Assembly (NCBI GenBank): GCA_043781855.1
Contig: JAYWBB010000112.1
Span: 16,115-80,114 of the forward strand
DNA length: 64,000 bases
Direction: 5' to 3'
From: Nevskia sp.
GTDB lineage: Bacteria; Pseudomonadota; Gammaproteobacteria; Nevskiales; Nevskiaceae
Shown here: positions 28,171 through 39,834 of the stretch, one piece after another
Layout of the letters: each line of letters starts with the position of its first letter
How positions within the stretch are numbered: position 1 is the stretch's first letter
The notes under the pieces: model-generated
Seen by the model: only the letters and a program-made list of their open reading frames with translations
Database searches by the model: none
Told to the model about the DNA's origin: nothing
Program-made: the position numbers and the translations under genes

Positions 28171-29409
28171 TTACTCGTGCACCGCCGCGCAGATGAAGCC
28201 CTTGAGATAGCGCGTTTCCGGAATGGCCGGATGCACCGGATGATCCGGTCCCTGCTCCAGTTGTTCAAGAATCTGCAGGCGCTTGCCGGCCGCGCGGGAC
28301 TCGCGCAGCAGCTCGCGCTGGAGTTCCTCGGGCGTCAGATGATGCGAACAGGAGCAGGACACGAGAATGCCGCCAGGCGTCAGCAGATTCAGCGCCGCGC
28401 GATTCAGGCGGCCGTAAAGGCCGAGCCCTTCCTCGTGATCGCGCTTGCGTTTGATCAGCGCCGGCGGATCGACGACGACGAGATCGAAACGCCGGCCGTC
28501 GTTCGCGAGCTGCTTCATCACGTCGAGCGCTTCGCCACGCAAGGCTTCGAGCCCTTTCCCGTGGCTTGGGTCGTTGAGCGCGGCGTTGCGGGCGGCGGCT
28601 TCGAGTGCCGGCGCAGAACTGTCGATGCAGGAAATCTCCGCTGCACCGAATGCTCTGGCGCGCAGTGCCCAGGCGCCGACATAACTGAAGACATCGAGCA
28701 CTTTCGAAGTCGGCATGATGTAACGCGAGAGACGATCCCGGTTATCGCGCTGATCGAAGAACCAGCCCGTTTTCTGCCCGCCGCGCATGGCGATCTCGAA
28801 TTTCACGCCACCCTCGATGATGACGACCGTTTCAGGCACTTCGCCAACTTCCTCGACGTACAGCGGCAGGGCTTCCGCTTCGCGCGACGGACTGTCGTTG
28901 CGCAGCACGATGCCGCGCGGCTTGAACACCATTTGCAGGGCAGCGAGCAGCTTGACTTTCAGCAGTTCCATCCCGGCGGTACCGATCTGCACGACAAGCA
29001 CGTCGCCGTAGCGATCGACGACCAGCCCCGGCAGCCCATCGGCCTCGCCGAACACGAAACGGTAAAACGGTTCCGCGTACAGACGTTCACGCAAGGCGGC
29101 GGCGGCGGTGAAGCGGCGCGCAAACCAGTCGGCATCGATCACGGCATCGTACTGGCCCGTCAGTACCCGCCCGCAGAGCAGCGCGTGCGGATTGATATAA
29201 CCCGCGCCGAGCGGCTTGCCACGCGCGTCCTCGAAACGGCAGAGGCTGCCGGGCGTGATGGTCTTGAGTGGCGTTCTGGCGCTATCGATTTCGTTGGAGT
29301 AAATCCACAGGTGGCCGGCGCGCAGACGGCGCTCCTCTTGCGGCTTGAGGCGGATGACGAGATTGGACACGGGGGACGAGGCGCTCGGGTGACGCGATGA
29401 AGCTGTCAT
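28171..29409 (-). CDS. rlmI: Class I SAM-dependent 23S rRNA m5C methyltransferase, RlmI-like
   Basis: 412 aa with a PUA-like N-terminus (LKPQEERRLRAGHLWIYSNEID) and the methyltransferase core VLDVFSYVGAW...DLVVVDPPA. Confidence 0.8.
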   Translation of the reverse strand: MTASSRHPSASSPVSNLVIRLKPQEERRLRAGHLWIYSNEIDSARTPLKTITPGSLCRFEDARGKPLGAGYINPHALLCGRVLTGQYDAVIDADWFARRFTAAAALRERLYAEPFYRFVFGEADGLPGLVVDRYGDVLVVQIGTAGMELLKVKLLAALQMVFKPRGIVLRNDSPSREAEALPLYVEEVGEVPETVVIIEGGVKFEIAMRGGQKTGWFFDQRDNRDRLSRYIMPTSKVLDVFSYVGAWALRARAFGAAEISCIDSSAPALEAAARNAALNDPSHGKGLEALRGEALDVMKQLANDGRRFDLVVVDPPALIKRKRDHEEGLGLYGRLNRAALNLLTPGGILVSCSCSHHLTPEELQRELLRESRAAGKRLQILEQLEQGPDHPVHPAIPETRYLKGFICAAVHE

Positions 29410-29545
29410 CGCGGAAGTGATCGCGTATCATAACCGCCATCTGAATTGAGGCTCCCACCACGGACCTTCCGGGCGTGTCGCCGGGGTCGGGATGCGGCCC
29501 CGTGACAACGCAATTGCCACCGAATTTTAGGGAGGGAAAGCGGGC

Positions 29546-29998
29546 GTGAAATTTCTGACTTCGTATTCGCCGCAAACCTGGGCACTGCTGGTCTACGTGG
29601 CGGCGGTGCTGTTCGTCGTGAGCCTGATGATCGGCCTGTCCTGGATTCTCGGCAGCCGCAACAACGGCCGCGCCAAGAACGAGGCGTTCGAGTCCGGCGT
29701 GGTCGGCGTGGGCGGAGGTCACCTGCGCTTCTCCGCGAAGTTCTATCTGGTCGCGATGTTCTTCGTGATCTTCGATCTCGAAGCCGTATTTCTGTACGCC
29801 TGGGCCGTATCGATCCGTGAGAGCGGCTGGGCCGGCTACATCGAAGCGAGCATCTTCATCGCAGTGCTGCTGATCGGCCTGGGCTACATCTGGCGCCTGG
29901 GTGGCCTCGACTGGGCACCGAAAACGCTCGCCGGCCGGCGCGACCTGCCGCAGCTCAAGCCACCGGCCGACGTGATCGTCGGCCCGGCGCAAAACTGA
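29546..29998 (+). CDS. nuoA: NADH-quinone oxidoreductase subunit A
   Basis: The GTG at 29546 has GGAGGG 10 nt upstream. It contains [37 protein letters not shown]. Confidence 0.92.
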   Translation: MKFLTSYSPQTWALLVYVAAVLFVVSLMIGLSWILGSRNNGRAKNEAFESGVVGVGGGHLRFSAKFYLVAMFFVIFDLEAVFLYAWAVSIRESGWAGYIEASIFIAVLLIGLGYIWRLGGLDWAPKTLAGRRDLPQLKPPADVIVGPAQN

Positions 29999-30009
29999 GA
30001 TTGGTAGTC

Positions 30010-30672
30010 ATGGAATACAGCCTCCAGCGCATCGACAAGAATGGCCAGACGCATTCCCCGACTCCGCCTGGCGTCAACTCCGGCGAGGGCTACATCGAGG
30101 ACGAGGTCAGTCGCAACGTCATCACCACCAAGCTTTCGGACCTGGTGAACTGGAGCCGCAAGAACTCCATCTGGCCTTACAACTTCGGCATCTCCTGCTG
30201 CTATGTGGAGATGGCAACCGCGTTCACGGCCGTTCACGATCTCGCCCGCTTCGGCTCGGAAGTCATCCGCGCAAGCCCGCGCCAGGCTGATCTCATCGTG
30301 ATTGCCGGCACCTGCTTCATGAAGATGGCGCCGGTCGTGCAGCGCCTCTATGAGCAGATGCTGGAACCGCGCTGGGTCATCTCGATGGGCTCCTGCGCGA
30401 ACTCCGGCGGCATGTACGATATCTATTCCGTGGTGCAGGGTGTCGACAAGTTCCTGCCCGTGGATGTCTACATCCCTGGCTGCCCGCCGCGTCCGGAAGC
30501 TTTTTTGCAGGCGTTGCTGCTGCTGCAGGATTCGATCGCCGAAGAACGCCGGCCGCTGAGCTGGGTCGTTGGCGATCAAGGCGTCTATCGCCGCCCGATG
30601 CCGGCGGAGCGCGATCGCAAGCAGGCCGCACGCGCGTCCGAGACGATTCTGCGCAGCCCCGACTCCGTCTGA
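30010..30672 (+). CDS. nuoB: NADH-quinone oxidoreductase subunit B
   Basis: It contains [17 protein letters not shown] and [11 protein letters not shown]...[11 protein letters not shown] prefer the ATG at 30010; the ORF track starts at the TTG at 30001. Confidence 0.95.
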   Translation: MEYSLQRIDKNGQTHSPTPPGVNSGEGYIEDEVSRNVITTKLSDLVNWSRKNSIWPYNFGISCCYVEMATAFTAVHDLARFGSEVIRASPRQADLIVIAGTCFMKMAPVVQRLYEQMLEPRWVISMGSCANSGGMYDIYSVVQGVDKFLPVDVYIPGCPPRPEAFLQALLLLQDSIAEERRPLSWVVGDQGVYRRPMPAERDRKQAARASETILRSPDSV

Positions 30673-30684
30673 GTCCGAACGATC

Positions 30685-32472
30685 ATGGCTGACGACGCCC
30701 CGACCGTACCGAAGACTGCGCCCCCGGCCACGCTGCCGGGCGTCGTGCGCGAGCTGTATCGCCAGTTCGGCGAGAACACCTTCGTCTATCAGCTGACCAA
30801 AGACGATTGCCCGACGCTCTGGGTGCCGCTGGAAAAACGCGACCCGGTGCTGGTGTTCCTCAAGCATCACGTGCCGCGCCCGTACAGGATGCTGCTGGAC
30901 CTGCACGCGGTCGACGAGCGCATGCGCCGTCATCGCCAAGGCTTGCCGCCGGCGGACTTCACGCTGTTCTATCACCTGCTGTCGATCGAAAGAAATTCCG
31001 ACGTTCGCATCAAGGTCGCGCTGATCGGCGAGTACCCGGTGGTGAAGTCGATCACCAACATCTGGGCCAACGCGAACTGGTATGAGCGCGAAACCTGGGA
31101 CCTGTTCGGCATCAAGTTCGAGGGGCATCCGAATCTCCAGCGCATCCTGCTGCCGCGCTACTGGAAGGGCCACCCGCTGCGCAAGGAATATCCGGCGCGC
31201 GCGACCGAGTTCGATCCTTACCTCTTGACCGCCGCGCGTCAGGACGAGGAGCAGGCGGCGCTGATGTTCAACCCCGAGGAATGGGGCATGAAGCGGTCGG
31301 AGAAAGACCACGACTTCATGTTCCTGAATCTCGGCCCGAACCATCCGTCCGCGCATGGCGCGTTCCGCGTCGTTGTGCAGCTCGACGGCGAAGAGATCGT
31401 CGACTGCGTGCCGGACATCGGCTACCACCACCGTGGCGCCGAGAAGATGGCGGAGCGGCAGAGCTGGCACACGTTCATCCCGTACACCGACCGCATCGAC
31501 TACCTCGGCGGGGTGATGAACAACCTGCCCTACGTGCTCGCGGTCGAGAAGCTTGCCGGCATCAAGGTGCCGGATCGCGTCGACACCATCCGCATCATGC
31601 TCGGCGAATTCTTCCGCATCACCTCGCACCTGCTGTTCCTCGGCACGTTCATCCAGGACGTGGGTGCGATGACGCCGATCTTCTTCATGTTCACCGACCG
31701 GCAGAAAGCCTACGACGTGATTGAGGCGATCACGGGCTTCCGCATGCACCCGGCCTGGTATCGCATCGGCGGTGTGGCGCATGACCTGCCGACCGGCTGG
31801 GACCGCAAGGTCAAGGAATTCCTCGACTGGTTCCCGAAGCGTCTCGATGAATATCAGAAAGCCGCACTGAACAATTCGATCCTGCGCGCACGCACCGTCA
31901 ACATCGCGCAGTACAACGCCGAGGAAGCGGTTGAATGGGGCATCACCGGCCCCGGCCTGCGCGCGACGGGTATGGACTACGACCTGCGCAAGGCGCGGCC
32001 CTATTCCGGCTATCAGCACTTCGAATTCGAGGTGCCGCTGGGCAACAACGGCGATGCGTTTGATCGCGCCATCGTGCGCATCAACGAGATGCGCGAGAGC
32101 GTCAAGATCATCCGCCAGTGCATGAATCACATGCCCGCCGGCCCTTACAAGGCCGACCATCCGCTGACCTGCCCACCGCCGAAGGAACGCACGCTCAAGG
32201 ACATCGAAACCCTGATCACGCATTTCCTCGGCGTGAGCTGGGGTCCGGTCATGCCGCCGGGCGAGTCCTGCCAGTTGATCGAGGCGACCAAGGGCATCAA
32301 CAGCTATTACCTGACCAGCGACGGCAGCACGATGAGCTACCGCACGCGCATCCGCACGCCGAGCTTCCCGCACTTGCAGGCGATCCCCTACATCATCAAG
32401 GGCGCCATGATTCCGGACCTGATCATGCTGCTCGCCACCATTGATTTCGTGATGGCCGATGTCGACCGCTAA
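30685..32472 (+). CDS. nuoC: NADH-quinone oxidoreductase fused subunit C/D
   Basis: One 595-aa ORF holds both a NuoC part ([20 protein letters not shown]) and a NuoD part ([15 protein letters not shown]...[10 protein letters not shown]). Confidence 0.95.
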   Translation: MADDAPTVPKTAPPATLPGVVRELYRQFGENTFVYQLTKDDCPTLWVPLEKRDPVLVFLKHHVPRPYRMLLDLHAVDERMRRHRQGLPPADFTLFYHLLSIERNSDVRIKVALIGEYPVVKSITNIWANANWYERETWDLFGIKFEGHPNLQRILLPRYWKGHPLRKEYPARATEFDPYLLTAARQDEEQAALMFNPEEWGMKRSEKDHDFMFLNLGPNHPSAHGAFRVVVQLDGEEIVDCVPDIGYHHRGAEKMAERQSWHTFIPYTDRIDYLGGVMNNLPYVLAVEKLAGIKVPDRVDTIRIMLGEFFRITSHLLFLGTFIQDVGAMTPIFFMFTDRQKAYDVIEAITGFRMHPAWYRIGGVAHDLPTGWDRKVKEFLDWFPKRLDEYQKAALNNSILRARTVNIAQYNAEEAVEWGITGPGLRATGMDYDLRKARPYSGYQHFEFEVPLGNNGDAFDRAIVRINEMRESVKIIRQCMNHMPAGPYKADHPLTCPPPKERTLKDIETLITHFLGVSWGPVMPPGESCQLIEATKGINSYYLTSDGSTMSYRTRIRTPSFPHLQAIPYIIKGAMIPDLIMLLATIDFVMADVDR

Positions 32473-33031
32473 ACCCAATCAAGGCAAAGGCGCTGAAACC
32501 GTGATCAAGCTGGCCGACCTCGTCGCCGGACGCACGGCGCCCACTGCTGCCGCGCCGCCGGCCTATGTGATGTCGAGTGAGGAGCGCCACGAGATCGAAC
32601 ACTCGCTGCATCACTACGACGACAACCGCGCGGCCTCGATCGACGCGCTGAAGATCGTGCAGAAGAAGCATGGCTGGGTACCGGATGGCGCCATCGCGCC
32701 GATCGGCGAAATCCTCGGCATTCCGGCGTCCGATATCGAAGGTGTCGCGACGTTCTACAACCTGATCTTCCGCCAGCCGGTCGGCCGTCATGTCATCAAG
32801 ATCTGCGACAGCATTTCCTGCTTCCTGACCGGCTACGACGACGTGCGTGAGGCGATCAGCGCGCGTCTGCGCATCAATCTCGGCGAGACCACGCCGGACA
32901 AGCGCTACACGCTGCTGCCGATCTGCTGCCTCGGCGCCTGCGACAAGGGCCCGGTGCTGATGATCGACGATGACACGCACGGCGATGTCACGCCGGAAAA
33001 AATTCCCGCCTTGCTGGAGTCATACAAGTGA
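32459..33031 (+). CDS. nuoE: NADH-quinone oxidoreductase subunit E
   Basis: 190 aa with 2Fe-2S motifs: [11 protein letters not shown] and [16 protein letters not shown]. Confidence 0.93.
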   Translation: MSTAKPNQGKGAETVIKLADLVAGRTAPTAAAPPAYVMSSEERHEIEHSLHHYDDNRAASIDALKIVQKKHGWVPDGAIAPIGEILGIPASDIEGVATFYNLIFRQPVGRHVIKICDSISCFLTGYDDVREAISARLRINLGETTPDKRYTLLPICCLGACDKGPVLMIDDDTHGDVTPEKIPALLESYK

Positions 33032-33143
33032 GCTTCCCGGCGAGGGACCCGCACCACGGGTACGGGATCGACGGCAAGGCGAACTTGGAGCGTGGCCGAC
33101 TCCACTCATCTGCCTCCTATTGCGATCCAACGGAGGCCACCAA

Positions 33144-34448
33144 GTGAGCGCCCTCGCCGAAACCAAACCGCTGACCGCGAATATCGTTGCCGGCCGCGCG
33201 CCGCTGAATCTCAGGGAATACGAGGCCACCGGCGGCTATCGCGCCGTGCGCAAGGCGCTCAAGGATATGAAGCCGGGCGACATCACCAAGCTGGTCAAGG
33301 ACGCCAACCTGCGCGGTCGCGGCGGCGCCGGCTTCCCCACGGGCGTGAAGTGGGGCCTGGTGCCGATGTATCCGGCTGGTGAGCCGATCAAGAGCAAATA
33401 TCTCGTCTGCAATGCCGACGAAATGGAGCCGGGTACGTTCAAGGACCGGCTGCTGATGGAATCGGACCCGCACCAGATGGTCGAGGCGATGATCGTCTCG
33501 GGCTATGCGATCCAGGCGACGCGCGCTTATATCTTCCTGCGCGGCGAGTACGTGGAGGCCGCGCAGAATCTCAACGCCGCGATCGCCGAGGCCAACGCCG
33601 CCGGTTATCTCGGTACCAATATTCTCCGCTCCGGCTGGAGCATGGATCTGCACGTCCATACCGGTGCCGGCCGCTACATCTGCGGCGAAGAGACCGCGCT
33701 GATCAACTCGCTCGAAGGCCGCCGCGCCAATCCGCGCGCGAAGCCGCCGTTTCCGGCCATCGCCGGACTCTGGGGCAAGCCGACTGTCGTCAACAACGTC
33801 GAGACGCTCTACTGCGTTCCGCACATCATCAATTTCGGCGCGGCCTGGTTTCATGATCTCAACCAGGGCAGGAGTCAGGACGGCGGCACCAAGCTCTACG
33901 GCGTGTCTGGCCGCGCGAAAAAAACCGGCGTGTGGGAACTGCCGATCGGCACCACGGCGCGCGAGATTCTCGAGGTCCACGGCGGTGGCATGAAGGACGG
34001 CCTCAAGCTCAAGGCCTGGCTGCCCGGAGGTGCGTCGACCGACTTCCTGATGCCCGAGCATCTCGACCTCGCAATGGATTTCGACACCATCGCCAAGGCC
34101 GGCAGCCGCATGGGCACGGGGCTGCTGACCGTCGTCGACGACAAGCAGAACATGGTCAGCGTCGTGCGCAATCTCGAAGACTTCTTCGCGCGCGAATCCT
34201 GCGGCTGGTGCACGCCCTGCCGCGACGGCCTGCCCTGGACGCACAAGCTGCTGCTGTCGCTCGAAGCCGGACAAGGCCAGAAGGGCGACATCGAAGTGCT
34301 CGAACAGATGACTCGCTTTCTCGGCCCCGGCAAGACCTTCTGCGCGCATGCGCCGGGCGCGATGGAGCCGTTGCAAAGCGCGCTCAAGTTCTTCCGGGGC
34401 GAGTTCGAGGCTGGGATCGCCAGCGTCTCGGCGAAGGCGGCAGCGTGA
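33144..34448 (+). CDS. nuoF: NADH-quinone oxidoreductase subunit F
   Basis: The GTG at 33144 has GGAGG 8 nt upstream. It contains [14 protein letters not shown] (FMN site) and [12 protein letters not shown] (4Fe-4S). The upstream part of ORF 32970..34448 overlaps nuoE. Confidence 0.93.
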   Translation: MSALAETKPLTANIVAGRAPLNLREYEATGGYRAVRKALKDMKPGDITKLVKDANLRGRGGAGFPTGVKWGLVPMYPAGEPIKSKYLVCNADEMEPGTFKDRLLMESDPHQMVEAMIVSGYAIQATRAYIFLRGEYVEAAQNLNAAIAEANAAGYLGTNILRSGWSMDLHVHTGAGRYICGEETALINSLEGRRANPRAKPPFPAIAGLWGKPTVVNNVETLYCVPHIINFGAAWFHDLNQGRSQDGGTKLYGVSGRAKKTGVWELPIGTTAREILEVHGGGMKDGLKLKAWLPGGASTDFLMPEHLDLAMDFDTIAKAGSRMGTGLLTVVDDKQNMVSVVRNLEDFFARESCGWCTPCRDGLPWTHKLLLSLEAGQGQKGDIEVLEQMTRFLGPGKTFCAHAPGAMEPLQSALKFFRGEFEAGIASVSAKAAA

Positions 34449-34454
34449 TGAACC

Positions 34455-34562
<108 letters not shown>

Positions 34563-34566
34563 TCTA

Positions 34567-37302
34567 ATGGCCACGATCTACGTAGACGGCACCCAGCACA
34601 CGGTCGACGGCGCGGACAACCTTCTGCAGGCCTGTCTGTCGCTCGGGCTCGATATCCCCTACTTCTGCTGGCATCCGGCGCTGGGCAGCGTCGGCGCCTG
34701 CCGCCAGTGCGCGGTCAAGCAGTACAAGGACGCGAACGACACGCACGGCCGCATCGTGATGTCGTGCATGACGCCAGCCAGCGACGGCACCTACATCTCG
34801 ATCTCGGATGCTGAGTCGAAAGCCTTCCGCGCCAGCGTCGTCGAATGGCTGATGGCGAACCATCCGCACGACTGCCCGGTCTGCGAGGAAGGCGGTCACT
34901 GCCATTTGCAGGACATGACCGTGATGACCGGCCATGCCTCGCGGCGCTACCGCTTCACCAAGCGCACGCACCACAACCAGAACCTCGGGCCCTTCATCGG
35001 CCACGAGATGAACCGCTGCATCAGCTGCTATCGCTGTGTGCGCTATTACAAGGATTACGCCGGCGGCCCGGACCTCGGCGTGTTCGGGACGGCTGGCAAC
35101 GTCTACTTCGGCCGCGCTGAAGACGGCGTGCTGGAGTCCGAGTTCTCGGGCAATCTCACCGAGGTCTGCCCGACCGGCGTGTTCACCGACAAAACCCACG
35201 CCGAGCGCTACAACCGCAAGTGGGACATGCAGTTCGCGCCGAGCATCTGCCAGGGCTGCTCAGTCGGCTGCAACATTTCGCCGGGTGAACGCTACGGCGA
35301 GATTCGCCGGATCGAGAACCGCTACAACGGCTCGGTCAATCACTATTTCCTCTGCGATCGCGGCCGCTTCGGCTACGGCTTCGTCAACCGCGACGACCGC
35401 CCGCGGCGGCCGATGGTCAAGCGCGACGGCGCGCTCGCCACGGTCAACACCGCAGATGCGCTGCTGAATGCCGCGAACCTGCTGAAGACCGCGAAGGGCA
35501 TCGTCGGCATCGGCTCGCCACGCGCGAGTCTCGAATCGAATTTCTCGCTGCGCCAATTGGTCGGCGCTGCGAATTTCTTCGACGGTCATGCAGCTGCCGA
35601 AGGCGCACTCGTGAAACGCGTCGCGGAAGTGCTGCGGACGGGCCCGGTGCCGAGTGCCTCTCTGCGCGGCATCGAGGGCGCCGACGCGGCGCTGGTGCTC
35701 GGCGAAGACGTCACCAACACCGCACCGCGCGTCGCGCTCGCGCTGCGCCAGGTTGCGCGCGGCAAGGCCGCGCAACTCGGCGCCGAGAAGCACATCGCCG
35801 AATGGCAGGCCATTGCGATTGCCGACGTCGGCCAGCACGAAAAACATCCGATCTTCGTCGCCAGCGTCGATGCCACGCGCATCGACGACATTGCAAAAGA
35901 TACCCTGCGCGCTGCACCGGATGATCTCGCGCGTTTCGGCTACGCGGTCGCCCACGCGATCGACTCAGCAGCGCCCGCCGTCGCCGGCCTCGATGCCGCA
36001 ACCATCGCGCGCGTGAAGGCTGTGGCGGACACGCTGCTCGCCGCGAAAAAGCCGCTCGTCGTCTCGGGTACCGGCGCCGGCTCGGAGTCGATCATCAACG
36101 CGGCAGCCAATGTCGCCTGGGCTTTGCACGCAAAGGGCAAGGCCGTCGAACTCATGCTCGCAGTGCCGGAAGCGAACAGCCTCGGCCTCGCGCTGATGGC
36201 GGCGGAGTCCCTCGAAAAAGCATTCGCTGCCGTCGACTCCGGCAAAGCCGACACGCTGATCGTGCTGGAAAACGATCTTTATCGCCGCGCCGACGCCGGC
36301 CGTATCGACGCGCTGCTCGCGAAGGTCAAGCTGATCGTGCTCGATCACCAGATGACGGCGACCGGCGCGAAGTCCGACCTGCTGCTGTCGGCCGGCAGCT
36401 TTGCCGAGAGCGACGGCACGCTGGTCAACAACGAGGGTCGCGCGCAGCGCTACTTCCAGGTCTACGACGCTGCCTACTACAAGCCGGACACGCTGATCCG
36501 CGAAAGCTGGAACTGGCTGCACGAGATCGCGGCACAGATGCGCGGCGAGTCGGTCGTCTGGGGTCACATGGATGACGCAACGGCGGAATGCGCGGCTGCC
36601 TTGCCGGTGCTCGCCGGCATCGTCGCGGCCGCGCCGAATTCCAAGTTCCGCATGAGCGGCCTGAAGATCGCGCGCGAGCCGCACCGCTACAGCGGCCGCA
36701 CCGCGATGCGCGCGAACATCTCGGTCCACGAGCCGCGCCAGCCACAGGACGCCGACACCGCACTGACCTTTTCGATGGAAGGCCACACCGGTATTCAGGC
36801 TGGCGAGCGTCCTGCGTCGCTGACACCGTTTGCCTGGGCGCCGGGCTGGAATTCACCCTCGGCCTGGAACAAGTTTCAGGACGAAGTCGGCGGCCACTCG
36901 AAAGGTGGCGACGCGGGCGTGCGGCTGATCGAGCCGGCGGCGAACGCACCAGCCGTTCCCAAGTATGCCAATCATGTTCCGGCCGCATTCGCTGCTCGCG
37001 AAAACGAATGGCAGGTTGTATCGCTTGTGCACATTTTTGGCAGCGACGAGATGTCGGCAAAGGCCGCGCCGGTCGAGACGCGAATCGCCAAGCCTTACGT
37101 TGCGCTGAATCCCGATGACTTGGCAGCGCTTGGCGCACCCTGCAGTTTCGTCGACGTGCTGCTGGCCGGGAGCAGGGTGCGGCTGCCGTTGGTGCTCAAG
37201 GCTTCGCTGGCACGCGGCACGGTTGGCCTGCCCCAACTTCCGGGCGTGCCGTTCGCGGTTGCCGGCGCCTGGGTGAAGCTTGCGGGGGTCAGGACGGCAT
37301 GA
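34567..37302 (+). CDS. nuoG: NADH-quinone oxidoreductase subunit G
   Basis: 911 aa. It contains [50 protein letters not shown] and the [16 protein letters not shown] Fe-S motifs. Confidence 0.96.
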   Translation: MATIYVDGTQHTVDGADNLLQACLSLGLDIPYFCWHPALGSVGACRQCAVKQYKDANDTHGRIVMSCMTPASDGTYISISDAESKAFRASVVEWLMANHPHDCPVCEEGGHCHLQDMTVMTGHASRRYRFTKRTHHNQNLGPFIGHEMNRCISCYRCVRYYKDYAGGPDLGVFGTAGNVYFGRAEDGVLESEFSGNLTEVCPTGVFTDKTHAERYNRKWDMQFAPSICQGCSVGCNISPGERYGEIRRIENRYNGSVNHYFLCDRGRFGYGFVNRDDRPRRPMVKRDGALATVNTADALLNAANLLKTAKGIVGIGSPRASLESNFSLRQLVGAANFFDGHAAAEGALVKRVAEVLRTGPVPSASLRGIEGADAALVLGEDVTNTAPRVALALRQVARGKAAQLGAEKHIAEWQAIAIADVGQHEKHPIFVASVDATRIDDIAKDTLRAAPDDLARFGYAVAHAIDSAAPAVAGLDAATIARVKAVADTLLAAKKPLVVSGTGAGSESIINAAANVAWALHAKGKAVELMLAVPEANSLGLALMAAESLEKAFAAVDSGKADTLIVLENDLYRRADAGRIDALLAKVKLIVLDHQMTATGAKSDLLLSAGSFAESDGTLVNNEGRAQRYFQVYDAAYYKPDTLIRESWNWLHEIAAQMRGESVVWGHMDDATAECAAALPVLAGIVAAAPNSKFRMSGLKIAREPHRYSGRTAMRANISVHEPRQPQDADTALTFSMEGHTGIQAGERPASLTPFAWAPGWNSPSAWNKFQDEVGGHSKGGDAGVRLIEPAANAPAVPKYANHVPAAFAARENEWQVVSLVHIFGSDEMSAKAAPVETRIAKPYVALNPDDLAALGAPCSFVDVLLAGSRVRLPLVLKASLARGTVGLPQLPGVPFAVAGAWVKLAGVRTA

Positions 37303-38303
37303 GCCTTCTGAGCTTTATCCCTCCAGCACTGCTGGACATTCTGATCGAGGTCGTCAAAGGCCTCATCATCCTGTTCGGCATGGTCATCGTGGCGGCACTG
37401 CTGATCTGGGTCGAGCGCCGCATGCTGGGCCTGTGGCAGGACCGCTACGGCCCGAACCGCGTCGGTCCGTTCGGCATCCTTCAAGTCGTCGCCGACATGG
37501 TCAAGATCTTCTTCAAGGAAGATTGGGTACCGCCGTTCGTCGACAAGCCGACCTTCATCATCGCGCCGATGATCGCGATGGGCACGCTGATGCTCGCGTT
37601 CATTCTGGTGCCGATCACGCCGACCTGGGGTGTTGCGCCCGACCTCGGCATCGGCGTGCTGTTCTTCCTGGCGATCGCCGGCATCGAGGTCTATGCGGTG
37701 ATGCTCGGCGGCTGGTCGTCGAACTCCAAGTACTCACTGCTCGGCGGTCTGCGCTCGGCCGCACAGATGGTGTCGTACGAAGTGTTCATGGGCATCGCAC
37801 TGATGGGTGTGGTCATGCTGACCGGCTCGTTTTCGCTGACCAGGATCGTCGAATACCAGGGCACGCACGGCTGGTTCATCCTGCCGCAGTTCCTGGGTTT
37901 CTGTACCTTCTCGCTGGCTGCGATCGCGACCGTGCATCGGCATCCCTTCGATCTTCCCGAAGCCGAGCAGGAACTCGCGGCCGGTTATCACACCGAATAC
38001 TCGGGCATGAAATTCGGCATGTTCATGGTCGCCGAGTACGTTGGCGTGATCCTGATCTCGGCATTGCTGGTGACGCTGTTCTTTGGCGGCTGGCATGGAC
38101 CGGGTGCGGCGACCAGCGGCGTGCTCGCGCTGCTCTGGTTCACCGTGAAGACACTTTTCTTCATTGTGATCTTCATCCTGCTGCGCGCCGCCCTGCCCCG
38201 CCCGCGCTACGACCAGGTCATGGGCGCCGGCTGGAAATTCTGCCTGCCCGTGGCCGTCATCAACCTGCTCGGAACGGGCGCCTACGTGCTCGCGTATCCG
38301 TAG
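37299..38303 (+). CDS. nuoH: NADH-quinone oxidoreductase subunit H
   Basis: 334 aa, containing [28 protein letters not shown]. There is an ATGA overlap with nuoG. Confidence 0.95.
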   Translation: MSLLSFIPPALLDILIEVVKGLIILFGMVIVAALLIWVERRMLGLWQDRYGPNRVGPFGILQVVADMVKIFFKEDWVPPFVDKPTFIIAPMIAMGTLMLAFILVPITPTWGVAPDLGIGVLFFLAIAGIEVYAVMLGGWSSNSKYSLLGGLRSAAQMVSYEVFMGIALMGVVMLTGSFSLTRIVEYQGTHGWFILPQFLGFCTFSLAAIATVHRHPFDLPEAEQELAAGYHTEYSGMKFGMFMVAEYVGVILISALLVTLFFGGWHGPGAATSGVLALLWFTVKTLFFIVIFILLRAALPRPRYDQVMGAGWKFCLPVAVINLLGTGAYVLAYP

Positions 38304-38313
38304 AAGACAGACC

Positions 38314-38850
38314 ATGAAAGACATCCTCAGCGGCATCTGGAGCAATCTGCGCAGCATGGGCATGGTGTTCATGCATTCTTTTCGCAAGCGCGACACGCTG
38401 ATGTACCCGGAAGTGCCGATCTACGTGCCGCCGCGCTACCGCGGCCGCATCGTGCTGACGCGCGATCCCGACGGCGAAGAGCGTTGTGTCGCCTGCAACC
38501 TCTGTGCGGCGGCCTGCCCGGTCGGCTGCATCTCCCTGCAGAAAGCCGAGACCCCCGACGGCCGCTGGTATCCCGAGTTCTTCCGTATCAACTTCTCGCG
38601 CTGCATCTTCTGCGGCTACTGCGAGGAAGCCTGCCCGACCAACGCGATCCAGCTGACGCCGGACTACGAACTTGGCGAGTATCGGCGCCAGGACCTGGTG
38701 TACGAGAAGGAACACTTGCAGATTGCCGGCACCGGCAAGTATCACGACTACAACTTCTATCGCGTGGCAGGCATGGCGATCGCGGGGAAACCGAAGGGCG
38801 CGGCGGCCAACGAGGCGCAGCCGGTCGACGTCAAGAGCCTGCTGCCGTAA
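38314..38850 (+). CDS. nuoI: NADH-quinone oxidoreductase subunit I
   Basis: 178 aa with two 4Fe-4S ferredoxin motifs, [12 protein letters not shown] and [12 protein letters not shown]. Confidence 0.95.
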   Translation: MKDILSGIWSNLRSMGMVFMHSFRKRDTLMYPEVPIYVPPRYRGRIVLTRDPDGEERCVACNLCAAACPVGCISLQKAETPDGRWYPEFFRINFSRCIFCGYCEEACPTNAIQLTPDYELGEYRRQDLVYEKEHLQIAGTGKYHDYNFYRVAGMAIAGKPKGAAANEAQPVDVKSLLP

Positions 38851-38873
38851 TCAAGGATCGGGGAAACAGGAAC

Positions 38874-39365
38874 GTGGAATTCGCCTTCTATCTTGCTGCG
38901 GTCGCTGCGGTCGTCTCGACCGTGCTCGCGGTGACCAATACCAATCCGGTGCATGCGCTGCTGTACCTGATCGTCTCGCTGCTGTCGGTGGCCATGGTGT
39001 TCTTCGCGATCGGCGCGCCGTTTGCCGGCATTCTCGAGGTCATCGTCTATGCCGGTGCGATCATGGTGCTGTTCGTGTTCGTGGTGATGATGCTGAACCT
39101 CGGGCAGGCCGCAGTCGATCAGGAGCGCCGCTGGCTGACGCCCCGCATCTGGGCCGGCCCGACCGCGATTTCCGCCGTGCTGATGTTCGAGATGGTGCGC
39201 GTGCTTTCGCCGCAGAGTGCCGCGCATCCGATCGGCGGCGGGACCATCGACGCGCGCGTCGTCGGCATCGCGCTGTTCGGGCCTTATCTGCTGGTCGTGG
39301 AGCTGGCCTCCATGCTGCTGCTGGCCGCGCTGGTCGCCGCATTCCACCTCGGTCGTCAAGACTGA
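38874..39365 (+). CDS. nuoJ: NADH-quinone oxidoreductase subunit J
   Basis: The GTG at 38874 gives [44 protein letters not shown], a typical NuoJ sequence. Confidence 0.88.
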   Translation: MEFAFYLAAVAAVVSTVLAVTNTNPVHALLYLIVSLLSVAMVFFAIGAPFAGILEVIVYAGAIMVLFVFVVMMLNLGQAAVDQERRWLTPRIWAGPTAISAVLMFEMVRVLSPQSAAHPIGGGTIDARVVGIALFGPYLLVVELASMLLLAALVAAFHLGRQD

Positions 39366-39378
39366 CGCAATCAACGAC

Positions 39379-39699
39379 ATGAACGACGCTCTTGCCACCG
39401 TACCGCTGGAACACGCGCTGATCCTTGCCGGCGTGCTGTTCTCGCTCGGCCTGCTCGGCATTCTGGTGCGCCGAAACATCCTGTTCGTGCTGATGTCGAT
39501 CGAAATCATGATGAACGCCGCCGCGCTCGCGTTCGTGGCGTCTGGCAGCCGCTGGGGGCAGGCGGATGGCCAGATCATGTTCATCCTGATCCTGACGCTC
39601 GCCGCAGCGGAGGCCAGTGTCGGTCTGGCTCTGGTGCTTCAGCTCTATCGCCGGTTCGAAACGCTTGATACCGATGCTGCTTCCGAGATGAAAGGATGA
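39379..39699 (+). CDS. nuoK: NADH-quinone oxidoreductase subunit K
   Basis: The ATG at 39379 gives [48 protein letters not shown]. Confidence 0.92.
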   Translation: MNDALATVPLEHALILAGVLFSLGLLGILVRRNILFVLMSIEIMMNAAALAFVASGSRWGQADGQIMFILILTLAAAEASVGLALVLQLYRRFETLDTDAASEMKG

Positions 39700-39703
39700 G
39701 ACG

Positions 39704-39832
39704 GCAGTTTCCAGTTGTTAGTTGCCAGTTGTTAGTTACAACAGCTTGTGCTCGCCCAGGGTTGAGGCTTTCGGGCGGATGCACGCTGGCTTCGTCTTCT
39801 CTGGAAACTAACAACTAGAAACTGGAAACTGC
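39704..39832. repeat. Heptad-periodic palindromic element, full copy B (nuoK-nuoL spacer)
   Basis: It has perfect 13-nt termini, GCAGTTTCCAGTT...AACTGGAAACTGC. The left arm reads as heptamers GTTTCCA GTTGTTA GTTGCCA GTTGTTA. The reverse complement of the right arm reads GTTTCCA GTTTCTA GTTGTTA GTTTCCA. The element fills almost the whole spacer and ends 2 nt before the nuoL ATG. Confidence 0.9.
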
Positions 39833-39834
39833 TT

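Noticed and set aside
29884-32478. 864-aa minus-strand ORF
   Set aside because: It is antisense to nuoA, nuoB and nuoCD, which have unmistakable motifs. It is a shadow ORF.
33032-33143. The 112-nt nuoE-nuoF spacer as a possible further repeat copy or small RNA
   Set aside because: It has no heptad motif, only a weak short stem, and no promoter or terminator signals that I could support.
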